DNA of 64,000 bases, taken from positions 10,768-74,767 of the forward strand of contig VMFS01000001.1 in the NCBI GenBank assembly GCA_007376185.1, given 5' to 3'. Shown one piece after another: positions 9,859 to 19,233 of the stretch; position 1 is the first letter of the stretch; every line of letters begins with the position of its first letter. Under the pieces are notes generated by a model. The model had not been told where the DNA came from. It made no database searches and saw only the letters and a list, made by a program, of their open reading frames with translations. The DNA is from Parcubacteria group bacterium Gr01-1014_30. GTDB lineage: Bacteria > Patescibacteriota > Minisyncoccia > Minisyncoccales > 2-12-FULL-40-12. Made by a program: the position numbers and the translations under genes.

Positions 9859-10971
9859 GTGGTCTATTCTTGAAATAGTTCGGACGCATCTCGCCGCCTG
9901 CGGCGGCGAGAGTTTGGCCAAAAATTCCGAACCGAAATCCTGAACTTTGACAATTTCAAGTTTTTCTTTGGCGGCAAATTCTTTACAAATTTATGAATTT
10001 GAACGAGTTTATCATTCCTTCAAATGTCGCATCTTTTCCAGTAGCATATCCAGCTTCTGGTTCAGTGCTGATTATATATAGAAAATCATCCTTTGTCACG
10101 AAAACATTTCTGTGCATACCTTCTTCTCCGCATGTATCTATCTCAGAACCTTGGATGCCATCGAATTTTGGTTGTGGACGCAGACCCGATGCTACACAAC
10201 GATTTAATCCAAGAAAAGAGTTGGCGTTCAAGAACTCAAGATTTTGCGGCGAGGCGACGAAGCTTGGCGCAATGTATAATTCAACCTCACAATAAAATTC
10301 TGCTCGCTCCACTGATGCAAAACAAATATTCAAAAGAGGAGAAAATTCCGGTGGTCGGTAAAATAAGGCTTGTCCTTCTAGTGGCTCAATAGTGGGAGGA
10401 TACTTAATTTCAAATCTGTATTTGTCATTCCGATATGCTTGCCAGTTTAAGGTTTCAATTTTTGTTGTTTGTGAAATGGGGATGTTTGTTAACTTTGGCT
10501 CTGATAATTTTGATTCAGGTAGAAAACGAAGCACGAGGAATAAGGTTATCCCCGCAATTATTAGGATTAAGCTCGTAATCGAAAGTATTTTCTTGTTTTC
10601 TCTACGGAAACTGATAAGAGAAAAAATGATACCAAGCAACGGCAAAACAATAGGGAAACCAAAGTGTTGTGGTAGATAACCCAGTGGATAATCCGGCAAA
10701 TAGGCTATAAGAATTATAGGAAATAAAACAGAAGCAAGCGGATGTGTTTCCGGAATATCCATAAAAGCTATCACTGCCTGTGTAAAAACTAGAACACTTA
10801 TAATGAAAGAAATTATTGCAAACTTTGAAAATTTTGTTTCCATATGTGAAAAAATTTTCTTTCCCCAAAATGCGGAATCGCCAACTGATTTTCTCGCCCC
10901 AAAAACCTTACGATTTGGCCGCCGAGCGAAGCGAGGCGACTGCCCCTTGCTTGCATTTTCCTGTCCGGTGG
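9859..10971 (-). mobile_element. Putative non-autonomous integrative mini-element at the tmRNA 3' end
   Basis: Bounded by GTGG at 9859-9862 and 10968-10971; both ends homologous to the element at 39514-41150. Confidence 0.7.
9983..10843 (-). CDS. Membrane-anchored cargo protein with a PsbP-like C-terminal domain
   Basis: Probable start METKF at 10843; several TMs then WQAYRNDKYRFEIKYP...FKF; AT-rich. Confidence 0.7.
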   Translation of the reverse strand: METKFSKFAIISFIISVLVFTQAVIAFMDIPETHPLASVLFPIILIAYLPDYPLGYLPQHFGFPIVLPLLGIIFSLISFRRENKKILSITSLILIIAGITLFLVLRFLPESKLSEPKLTNIPISQTTKIETLNWQAYRNDKYRFEIKYPPTIEPLEGQALFYRPPEFSPLLNICFASVERAEFYCEVELYIAPSFVASPQNLEFLNANSFLGLNRCVASGLRPQPKFDGIQGSEIDTCGEEGMHRNVFVTKDDFLYIISTEPEAGYATGKDATFEGMINSFKFINL

Positions 10972-11315
10972 AGATGCCGAGAGTTGAACTCGGATCCAGA
11001 AAGTTTGCCAAAATCGTCTACAAGCTTAGTCGGTTTAGCCACCTCAAAACGCTGGATATAAAGCCGACAAAACTCCAACATTCCTAAGTCCCTTGAGTTC
11101 CCTGGTTCTGCGGGACGAAAAACCAAGACATCTCGATTTTATGACACCTGATGCCGCCTATCGAGAATCAGCGGTTCAGATGCCGCTAAGCTAAAGCTAA
11201 AGCGGGTTCTCTGTTAAATAAGTTGGCGCTTATTTTTTGTTTTGCCCGCCTGCGCAGGCAGGCGGGCAGGCCTGCTGATTTTGACAAATCATTCCTGTCT
11301 ACGCCTTCCATCCCC
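10967..11315 (-). ncRNA. ssrA: tmRNA
   Basis: GGGGATG/CATCTCC-A-CC acceptor stem with G3:U, T-arm GTTCAACTC, tag ORF ANLFNREPALALA*, adjacent to smpB. Confidence 0.93.
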
Positions 11316-11328
11316 CGATAGTTCAAAT

Positions 11329-11778
11329 TTAGTCGCCCGTTTTTAAGGCTCGTTGGATTTCTCTATCCGCCTCTCTTTTTTTTATCAACTCCTTTTTGTC
11401 AAACTTTTTCTTCCCTCGAGCCAATCCGAACTCAAGTTTTATTCTCGCTACCTTAGTATAAACCTTCAAGGGCAGCAAAGTCAAGCCCTTTTGCTGCGCT
11501 TTACCTGTTAAGTATTTGATTTCCTTTTTTTTCAACAGCAGTTTTCTGGAGCGTTCCGGGTTGTAATCAGCAGGCGCGTTTTTGGGCTGGTAGGGCGATA
11601 TTTTGGCCCCAACCCAAAATGCCTCGTTGTTCCGCAAAACCACATAGGAACCTGCCAAATTCACTCCCCTCGTTTTTATTGACTTCACTTCCTGCCCAAG
11701 CAAAGAAATACCAGCCTCAAACTTCTCAAGGATTTCGTAATTGAAGTAGGCCTTTTTATTTTCAGCCAATACAGTCAT
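11329..11778 (-). CDS. smpB: SsrA-binding protein
   Basis: NKKAYFNYEILEKFEAGI.L.GQEVKS, RKLLL, GKKKFDK. Confidence 0.97.
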   Translation of the reverse strand: MTVLAENKKAYFNYEILEKFEAGISLLGQEVKSIKTRGVNLAGSYVVLRNNEAFWVGAKISPYQPKNAPADYNPERSRKLLLKKKEIKYLTGKAQQKGLTLLPLKVYTKVARIKLEFGLARGKKKFDKKELIKKREADREIQRALKTGD

Positions 11779-11815
11779 CTATTTCATTCTACCAAAAAAC
11801 CCTGTAAAATAGTAA

Positions 11816-11840
11816 AGGGACTGTCCCTCCCCTGTCCCTA
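11816..11840. repeat. REP-like palindrome left of the RAYT gene
   Basis: AGGGACTGTCCCT plus a partial CTGTCCCT. Confidence 0.75.
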
Positions 11841-11846
11841 TAATTC

Positions 11847-12479
11847 ATGAGGCAGCCGAGAAGCTTTAGCAAAGATAGTTTTTGGCACGTTCTTAACCGC
11901 GGAGTAGCTAAAGAAAGCATCTTTCGCGAGAAAGGAGACTTTATCTTTTATCTTTATAAAATAAAAGAGCTTATTAAGAAGTACCCCGTGGGAATTCACT
12001 GTTATAATTTTATACCTAATCACGTTCACTACTTATTAAAACAAACGACTGACGTACCTCCTGGCAAATTCATTGGCAGCCTTCACACAAGCCTAGGGAT
12101 TTATATTAACAAAAAATACTCTCGTTCTGGCCACTTATTTCAAGATAGGTATAAAGCAAGGCCTCTGGGAGAAGAAGCTCTGTTGCCAGTATCTGTTTAC
12201 ATTAATCTGAATAAAGTTCTTGAACAGACTCAACACGTTCAAGAGAAACGAATTTCAAAAAACCAGTTAAATAAACTACTAGAAGAAGCAACAACAGACC
12301 CCTGGAGCAGTTATGCTGTTTATTTAGGACTAAGAGAAGACGGTATTACAGATAGTAAGTTCATTTTATCCTTACTATCCGACGATATTCAAAAAGCTCG
12401 CAAAGAGTATAAAAAACTGGCAGAGGAACTTATCACTTCTGGCTTCTTCTTGAAAACGCGCGGCATCGTTTTCGACTAG
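11847..12479 (+). mobile_element. REP-associated tyrosine (Y1/HUH) transposase, RAYT-like
   Basis: HVLNRG...IF, PNHVH (HUH), GHLFQDRY, YINLN, PWSSY. Confidence 0.88.
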
Positions 12480-12486
12480 GTTTGTT

Positions 12487-12510
12487 AGGGACAGTCCCCG
12501 GACTGTCCCT
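12487..12510. repeat. REP-like palindrome right of the RAYT gene
   Basis: AGGGACAGTCCC-CGGACTGTCCCT. Confidence 0.75.
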
Positions 12511-12723
12511 CTTTCCTCTTAGAATTCTCTCCGGGCTGCATCGCATTCGGAATCTTCAATTCTCTTACTTTCCGCACCAAGTAGCAACAAGTGCAATGCG
12601 TATAGTGCGGCACGCCGAGAGCAGAAGTATCCGCTCTCGCTCTGGCGCGCGCTATCGCGGAGTTCGACCGCGCGGAACCTTGGCCCCGCACGCACTATCT
12701 ACTATCCGCAATGATTATATCAC

Positions 12724-12764
12724 AAAAAAAACGGGCTCCGCGACAATTGTCTTGTCGGGAGCCC
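12724..12764 (-). terminator. Intrinsic terminator
   Basis: GGGCTCC-GACAA...TTGTCG-GGAGCCC hairpin followed by T8 on the minus strand. Confidence 0.7.
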
Positions 12765-12843
12765 AAAGAATAAATCTGCCTGTTGGTCGGAAGTACCCAA
12801 GGACCCAAAGATACAAAACCTAGGGACCAAGGGCCAAAGTGCG

Positions 12844-13452
12844 CTACTTGCCGGAGACAGCGATACGACCGCGGCGATCCACGCCGCGGCCCAACCAGCC
12901 CCAGTGCAGGCACCAGCGCCGGCCGCCCTGGTCCAGACAAGCCACGCACCGGCCGCTGTCCGAGTTCACCACGACGATACCCGGGAAGTCAATATAGACC
13001 TTCCCGAGAAGAGCCACGAAGGCCGGATGCTCGTCCTGGTGTTCCACAAGCCAGTTGGCCTGCTGGTAACCATGCAGGATGTCCTGCTTTGGCTGGAGGC
13101 GGCGCTCGTACTCCGCGCCGTTGATATAATGCTCGCCCTCGCGGATGACGGTGCCGAGGTGAAATGTAACCGCCTCGGTCGGAGAGGTGTCGCGCTCAAT
13201 GCCTTCCTCCTCGCGGATCCAGGGGTACTTCTCCCTGAGATCTTCGAATGTCGGGCACGGCAGGGCCGGGATCTGGAGCGTGAGCTCGTCCGTCAGAATG
13301 AGCGTCTCCGCCACTGCGATAATCTCTTGCACCTTGGCGATGGCGAAATCAGCGCTCACGAACGCTCCCTCCTTGCGCCGGAGGATACGCTCTGCCTTAC
13401 GGCACTTGCGCACGAACTCGTCTACCTTGTCGGCCGTATTCTGGTACAGCAT
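12844..13452 (-). CDS. GC-rich hypothetical protein, candidate DGR variable protein
   Basis: AGGAG RBS, own promoter and terminator; A-poor, NNC-rich C-terminus (WCLHWGWLGRGVDRRGRIAVSGK). Confidence 0.7.
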   Translation of the reverse strand: MLYQNTADKVDEFVRKCRKAERILRRKEGAFVSADFAIAKVQEIIAVAETLILTDELTLQIPALPCPTFEDLREKYPWIREEEGIERDTSPTEAVTFHLGTVIREGEHYINGAEYERRLQPKQDILHGYQQANWLVEHQDEHPAFVALLGKVYIDFPGIVVVNSDSGRCVACLDQGGRRWCLHWGWLGRGVDRRGRIAVSGK

Positions 13453-13621
13453 TCTATCCTCTCCTTTGCCTGCCGCTTATCCTGCAGGATTGCAGGAACT
13501 TAGGCAGGACTGGTTGCTCGTCGGAAAATATCTAAATATCCTCCAGCGAGCAACCAACTTTACAGGCAGTAAAAATATATTGTAAAAGTGCAATTTAAGC
13601 TGTTTCCAGCTTGATATTTAT

Positions 13622-13650
13622 ATTATATACCAATATAGAATAATTGTCAA
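13622..13650 (-). promoter_or_regulatory. Consensus sigma70 promoter
   Basis: TTGACA-17 nt-TATAAT. Confidence 0.8.
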
Positions 13651-13804
13651 TAGTTTGTAATGGTTCAATAACTTAGAAGCACTGCGGGGTAAAATTAAAG
13701 CTCTGCGCCAAATCTCGCAGTTAAAAGTAAAATTACCAGAAGAAGAGATGCTTTTAATTTAGGCAAGAATACGATAAAGTGAATCCAAGCAACACCGCAA
13801 TAGT

Positions 13805-15418
13805 ATGATAAGGCAAGAAATTATAAAGTCAATTGAGAAAGCAACGGGCAAGAAAAACATACGCTTGGAACGGTCAGAAAACCCAGAGCACGGCGACTAT
13901 TCCACCAGTATCGCCTTGAAACTGAAGAAAAACCCGCAAGAAATTATCAAAAAACTCCTGTCTGCGCAGGCAGAAAAGTCGCCTTTATTTGAAAGAGTGG
14001 AAGCGGCTGGGCCCGGATTCATCAATTTTTACTTGTCGGAAAAATACATACTAAAAGAACTCGCCAAAGCTCAAAAAGACCTGTCTCTGACCAACCCCGC
14101 GTGGAAAGGCAAGAAAGTGGCGGTTGAGTTCACCGACCCCAACCCGTTCAAAGTATTCCACATAGGGCATCTTTATACAAACACTGTGGGTGAAACAATA
14201 TGCCGACTTCTGGAGGCAAGCGGGGCTAAAGTGAAAAGGATAAATTACCAAGGAGACGTAGGTTTGCATGTAGCTAAAGCGGTTTGGGCGCTCAAGCTTA
14301 GTTATCCACTTGAACGCGCCTATGCTACGGGTAATAGCGCCTTTGAAACAGACCCTGTGGCAAAGAAAGAAATAGAAGGATTGAACAAAAAGATTTACGA
14401 AAGAAGCGACCCTGCTGTCAACAAAATTTACGACAGAGGTCGAGCTCAGAGTTTAGCCGCGTTTGAAAAAATTTACAAACGCTTAGGAACTAAGTTTGAC
14501 TTCTACTACTTTGAAAGCGAAATTGGGAAAATTGGGAAAAAAATTGTTGAAGAAGGCCGGAAAAAAGGCGTTTTTGAAAAATCTGAAGGAGCAATTGTTT
14601 TTCCCGGAGAAAAATACGGTCTGCACAAAAGGGTTTTCATAACCTCTGAAGGTCTGCCAACTTACGAAACAAAAGAATTGGGTTTAGCCCCCATAAAATA
14701 CAAGGGCTTCAAATACGACCTTTCAATTATTGTTACCGGCTCTGAAATTATTGATTATTTCAAAGTGCTAATTGCGGCATTGAAAAAGATTTACCCAAAA
14801 CTTGGCCAAAGAACTATGCACTTAGCTCACGGCATGCTTTTACTAAAAAGCGGGAAAATGTCTTCAAGAAAAGGAAATATCGTTAGGACCGAGGATTTGC
14901 TTAACCAGGTTAAGCAAATGGCTCTGCAAAGAAGCAAAAACGAGGAGATTGCTGAAAAAGTGGCTTTGGCCGCTGTAAAATATTCTCTTTTGCGGGTTGG
15001 TCTTGGCAAGGATATAATTTTTGACGCTGTTGGCTCTTTAAGTTTGGAAGGCGACACAGGCCCTTACTTACAGTACACTCACGCGCGTTTCAAAAGCATT
15101 TTGCGTCAACCAGGTGTTGAACTGAAAAAACTGCCAGCTTCTGTTAAAATGAGTCAGCTTGAGAGGCGGCTGGCAGTAGCGCTTTTGCGTTTTGCCGAAG
15201 CAATTCAGGACGCGGCAAGCTCTTTCTCGCCGAATGTTTTGGCAAACTACCTGCACAACACAGCTATGCTGGCTAACGAATTCTACCATTCCCACCCTGT
15301 TACGCAGGAAAAAGACAACGCTAAAAAGCAATTAAGAGTCGGCCTCGTAAAAGCTATAGCCGCGACTCTTCAAAAAGGTCTTAGCATTTTGGGCATTTTT
15401 GCCCCGGAAAAAATGTGA
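13805..15418 (+). CDS. argS: Arginine--tRNA ligase
   Basis: GPGFINF, NPFKVFHIGH, KMSSRKG, GDTGPYLQY, APEKM end. Confidence 0.96.
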   Translation: MIRQEIIKSIEKATGKKNIRLERSENPEHGDYSTSIALKLKKNPQEIIKKLLSAQAEKSPLFERVEAAGPGFINFYLSEKYILKELAKAQKDLSLTNPAWKGKKVAVEFTDPNPFKVFHIGHLYTNTVGETICRLLEASGAKVKRINYQGDVGLHVAKAVWALKLSYPLERAYATGNSAFETDPVAKKEIEGLNKKIYERSDPAVNKIYDRGRAQSLAAFEKIYKRLGTKFDFYYFESEIGKIGKKIVEEGRKKGVFEKSEGAIVFPGEKYGLHKRVFITSEGLPTYETKELGLAPIKYKGFKYDLSIIVTGSEIIDYFKVLIAALKKIYPKLGQRTMHLAHGMLLLKSGKMSSRKGNIVRTEDLLNQVKQMALQRSKNEEIAEKVALAAVKYSLLRVGLGKDIIFDAVGSLSLEGDTGPYLQYTHARFKSILRQPGVELKKLPASVKMSQLERRLAVALLRFAEAIQDAASSFSPNVLANYLHNTAMLANEFYHSHPVTQEKDNAKKQLRVGLVKAIAATLQKGLSILGIFAPEKM

Positions 15419-15423
15419 ACACT

Positions 15424-15744
15424 ATGAAACTTCATCAAAAAAAATGCGTGCCATGCGAGGGTTATGAAAAACCGCTTGAGCCCTTAAGGGTCGCCGATTA
15501 TTTGGCCCAAGTTGATGCTTGGCAGACCGACAACAAAAAAATATGGAAAGAGTTCAAATTCTCCGACTTCAAAGAAACGATGAGTTTCGTGAACAAAGTG
15601 GCTGATTTGGCAGAAAAAGAAGGGCACCATCCTGATATGCAGGTGCATTATTCCAGAGTGAAAATTGAGCTTTGGACTCACGCCATTTCCGGCCTTTCTG
15701 AAAACGATTTCATACTGGCAAGCAAAATAGACAAGCTTCAATAA
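15424..15744 (+). CDS. Pterin-4-alpha-carbinolamine dehydratase
   Basis: CVPCEG, EGHHPD, WTHAISGLSENDFILA. Confidence 0.92.
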   Translation: MKLHQKKCVPCEGYEKPLEPLRVADYLAQVDAWQTDNKKIWKEFKFSDFKETMSFVNKVADLAEKEGHHPDMQVHYSRVKIELWTHAISGLSENDFILASKIDKLQ

Positions 15745-15746
15745 AG

Positions 15747-16334
15747 ATGCGCAAACTCAGAAACACCTACTACGTTTTGCGGCACGGGCAGACGATTTAT
15801 CAAACAAGAAAGCTGGCGTGGATGTACCCGAAAATTGACAGTAAGAGGGTAAAATTAACAAAGAAAGGCGAAAAACAGATAAAACTTGTAACAAAAAAGC
15901 TCAAACGACTTAAGATTGATTTGATCTTTTCCTCCGATTTTTTCAGAACCAGACAAACAGCAAAAATAGTGTCAAGAGCGTTGGCTCCAAAGAAGGTGGT
16001 TTTTGACAAAAGGTTGAGAGACATAAATTTGGGTGTTTACATGGGCGGAAAAAAAGGATCATTTTACGAACACTTCCCTAAGAAGTCAAAAGTGAGATTT
16101 ACAAAAACGCCTCACCGCGGTGAAAGCTGGCTGCAATGTCAAAGGAGAATCGTGGGCTTTTTGAAAAAAATTGACAGAAAGCATAAAAACAAAAAAGTTT
16201 TAATTATAAGCCACGGCGATTCTTTGTGGCTTTTGGAAGGACGGATTAAGAACTGGTCGCAAGATAAATTGCTCAAAGAAAAGAAGATGAGTTACATAAA
16301 CACGGGCGAATTAAGGAAATTATATGGAACTTAA
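15747..16334 (+). CDS. Histidine phosphatase family protein
   Basis: LRHGQ, SSDFFRTRQTA, GES, ISHGD. Confidence 0.9.
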   Translation: MRKLRNTYYVLRHGQTIYQTRKLAWMYPKIDSKRVKLTKKGEKQIKLVTKKLKRLKIDLIFSSDFFRTRQTAKIVSRALAPKKVVFDKRLRDINLGVYMGGKKGSFYEHFPKKSKVRFTKTPHRGESWLQCQRRIVGFLKKIDRKHKNKKVLIISHGDSLWLLEGRIKNWSQDKLLKEKKMSYINTGELRKLYGT

Positions 16335-19224
16335 CTTTCCCGAAATAGAGAGAAAAATACTGAACTTTTGGGCAAAAAAAAGAATTTTTGAAAAGCTTCG
16401 AAAAAAAATAAAAGGGGGGAAACGCTTCTCGTTTTTGGACGGACCCATAACCGCCAACAATCCAATGGGCGTTCACCACGCATGGGGCAGAACTTTAAAA
16501 GACCTCTTCCAGCGATACAAAGCAATGCAGGGTTTTGACCAGAGGTTTCAGAACGGGTTTGACTGCCAAGGTCTTTGGGTTGAAGTTGAGGTAGAAAAAG
16601 AACTTGGTTTCAAAACAAAAAAAGACATTGAAAAATACGGCATAGACAAGTTTGTCAAAAAATGCAAAGAAAGGGTCCTGAAGTATTCCAAAATTCAAAC
16701 TGAACAGTCAATTCGTTTGGGCCAGTGGCAGGATTGGAAAAACTCTTACTACACGATGTCTGACGAAAACAACTATGCCATCTGGGGATTCTTGAAAAAG
16801 TGCTGGAAAAAAGGGTACTTATACAAAGGTAGGGATTCTATTCCATGGTGCCCTCGCTGCGGAACCGCCATTTCCCAGCACGAAATTTTAACAGAAGAGT
16901 ACAAAGAGGTGTCGCATGAATCGGTTTATTTCCGTTTGCCGGTTGTCGGCTCCAAAAACGAGAACTTGCTTTTGTGGACGACTACTCCGTGGACTCTTCC
17001 TGCCAACATTGCGGCTGCGGTTGACAAGGACTTGGACTACTCTTTGGTCCAAGATTATCAGGGACTAAGAAACTGGGTTGCCAAAGATTTGGCCAAGAAA
17101 GTTTTCGGCGAGGGGGCTAAGGTCGTGAAAACCGTCAAAGGAAAGGATCTGGCCGGGCTAAAGTACTCTTTTGTTTTTGACGACCTGCCTAGAGTAAAAA
17201 AAGCAGCCGAAAATTCACCCGACAAATTTCACTCGGTTGTGTTAACGGACAGCCACTTGCTTCCCATAACAACGGAGCAGGGAACGGGACTTGTGCACGT
17301 GGCGGTTTCTGCCGGGCAGGAGGACTTTCAGCTCGGAAAAAAGTTAAACCTTCCTATGGTTGAGATCATTGACGAGGATGCAACCTATTTGGACGGTCTT
17401 GGCGAGTTTTCAGGCAAAAACGCAAAAAAAGAACCAAAAGTCATTTTAGATTTTTTGGCTTCCAAGGAAGGAACTATTTTTAAAGTTGAAAGCTACAAAC
17501 ACCGCTACCCTACTTGCTGGCGCTGCAAAGAAGAGCTGGTTTGGCGCGTTGTTGATGAGTGGTATATTTCTATGCAGAAATTAAGAACGATTTTGATGGA
17601 AACCGCCAAAAAAATAAACTGGATACCTTCTTTTGGCCTGGAAAGGGAGCTTGATTGGTTAAAAAATATGCAGGACTGGCTTATTTCAAAAAAAAGATAC
17701 TGGGGGCTTGCTCTGCCAATTTTTGAGTGCGCCTGCGGTAATTTTGAAGTAATCGGCTCAAAAAAGGAGTTAAAGCAACGAGCTGTCAAAGGATGGGAAA
17801 AGTTTAAAGGACACTCTCCCCACAGGCCGTGGGTTGATAAAGTTAAAATACAATGTAAAAAATGCGGCCAACCCGTTTCAAGAGTAAAGGACGTTGGCAA
17901 CCCTTGGCTGGACGCCGGCATAGTTCCTTTTTCCACGTTAAAGTATTTTTCAAACAAAAAGTACTGGGAGAAATGGTTCCCGGCAGAACTCATCTGCGAG
18001 TCCTTCCCCGGACAGTTCAAAAACTGGTTTTACTCTTTGCTGGTGATGTCTCAGGTCTTGGAAAACACGAATCCGGTTAGAACAATTTTCGGGTACGCTT
18101 CCGTGAGAGACGAAAAAGGCGAAGAAATGCACAAATCCAAAGGCAACGCCATTTGGTTTGATGAAGCAGTGGAGAAACTGGGAGCTGACCCTCTTAGGTG
18201 GCATTACGCCAAACACAATCCCGAAAATAACTTGCTGTTCGGCTGGAAAGCTCTTCAAGAAACAAAAAGAACTCTTATGACTCTGCAAAATTGTTTCGTC
18301 TTCTTTTTCACGTACGTGGAAAAAGGAAAAATTAAAGAACAAAGCTCAAAACTGCCCCCTAAAAGTAAAAATCTGTTAGACCTATGGATTGTTTCGCGGC
18401 TCAACGGCTTAATTGGCAAAGTCGCCGAGAACTTAGATGAATACAACGTTTCTTTTACCGCCTCTTCAATTGAAAAATTCTTTGTTGACGACTTGTCTCT
18501 CTGGTACATTAGACGTTCCAGAAAGAGATTTCACGAGACAAACGCAAGAGAAGACAGAAAAATGGCGGCGGCTACTTTAGAGTACCTACTGCTGAATCTC
18601 TTGAAACTAACTGCTCCCATAATACCGTTTTTAACAGAAGAAATTTATCAGGGTCTGCGCTTAAAAAGAAGGCGAGAGTCGGTACACTTTTACGACTTCC
18701 CCGAAGCCAACAAAAAATTGGTTAACCTGAAGCTGGAAGAAAAAATGCTCAAGGTAAGAGAAGTTGTAACTCAAGCCCTGGCTGAAAGGGGCAAAGCGAA
18801 GATTAAAGTGAGACAACCGCTAAACGAATTAAGAATTACTGATTACGGATTACGGAACGAAAAGGGTTTGCTGGAGCTGATAAAAGAAGAAGTTAACGTA
18901 AAGAAAATAACTTTTGGCAAAAAGCTGAAACTGCAAAAGGAAATCACCCGCCAGTTAAAAGAAGAGGGCCTAATGCGAGAAATTATCCGTAACACCCAGG
19001 AAATGAGAAAGAAAGCAGGTTTGACTCCAAAAGACAAAATTGAAGTCAGATATTTTGGGACGCCTGCTTTGAGTAAAATTTTAGAAAGAAACAAAAAAGT
19101 TTTTCTGCGAGAAACTTTTTCTGAAAAGCTTAATTTTTGGGAAGATAAGAAAGAAAGTTTAATAGCTGAGAAAGCGTTGGAAGTTGACCACATGAAGCTT
19201 TGGCTGGGAATAAAAAAATGTTAA
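16324..19224 (+). CDS. ileS: Isoleucine--tRNA ligase (type 2-like)
   Basis: DGPITAN, FDCQGL.VE, WTTTPWTLPAN, DWLISKKRYWG, EMHKSKGN, WYIRRSR. Confidence 0.95.
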   Translation: MELNFPEIERKILNFWAKKRIFEKLRKKIKGGKRFSFLDGPITANNPMGVHHAWGRTLKDLFQRYKAMQGFDQRFQNGFDCQGLWVEVEVEKELGFKTKKDIEKYGIDKFVKKCKERVLKYSKIQTEQSIRLGQWQDWKNSYYTMSDENNYAIWGFLKKCWKKGYLYKGRDSIPWCPRCGTAISQHEILTEEYKEVSHESVYFRLPVVGSKNENLLLWTTTPWTLPANIAAAVDKDLDYSLVQDYQGLRNWVAKDLAKKVFGEGAKVVKTVKGKDLAGLKYSFVFDDLPRVKKAAENSPDKFHSVVLTDSHLLPITTEQGTGLVHVAVSAGQEDFQLGKKLNLPMVEIIDEDATYLDGLGEFSGKNAKKEPKVILDFLASKEGTIFKVESYKHRYPTCWRCKEELVWRVVDEWYISMQKLRTILMETAKKINWIPSFGLERELDWLKNMQDWLISKKRYWGLALPIFECACGNFEVIGSKKELKQRAVKGWEKFKGHSPHRPWVDKVKIQCKKCGQPVSRVKDVGNPWLDAGIVPFSTLKYFSNKKYWEKWFPAELICESFPGQFKNWFYSLLVMSQVLENTNPVRTIFGYASVRDEKGEEMHKSKGNAIWFDEAVEKLGADPLRWHYAKHNPENNLLFGWKALQETKRTLMTLQNCFVFFFTYVEKGKIKEQSSKLPPKSKNLLDLWIVSRLNGLIGKVAENLDEYNVSFTASSIEKFFVDDLSLWYIRRSRKRFHETNAREDRKMAAATLEYLLLNLLKLTAPIIPFLTEEIYQGLRLKRRRESVHFYDFPEANKKLVNLKLEEKMLKVREVVTQALAERGKAKIKVRQPLNELRITDYGLRNEKGLLELIKEEVNVKKITFGKKLKLQKEITRQLKEEGLMREIIRNTQEMRKKAGLTPKDKIEVRYFGTPALSKILERNKKVFLRETFSEKLNFWEDKKESLIAEKALEVDHMKLWLGIKKC

Positions 19225-19233
19225 GATAAACCA

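Noticed and set aside
10844..11011. N-terminal extensions of ORFs 9983-11011 and 39490-40185
   Set aside because: They run through tmRNA/tRNA and the conserved arm; ATGs at 10843 and 39670 are better starts.
12482..13585. Multiple overlapping plus-strand ORFs
   Set aside because: Shadow frames of GC-rich DNA; only the minus-strand ORF has a promoter, RBS and terminator.
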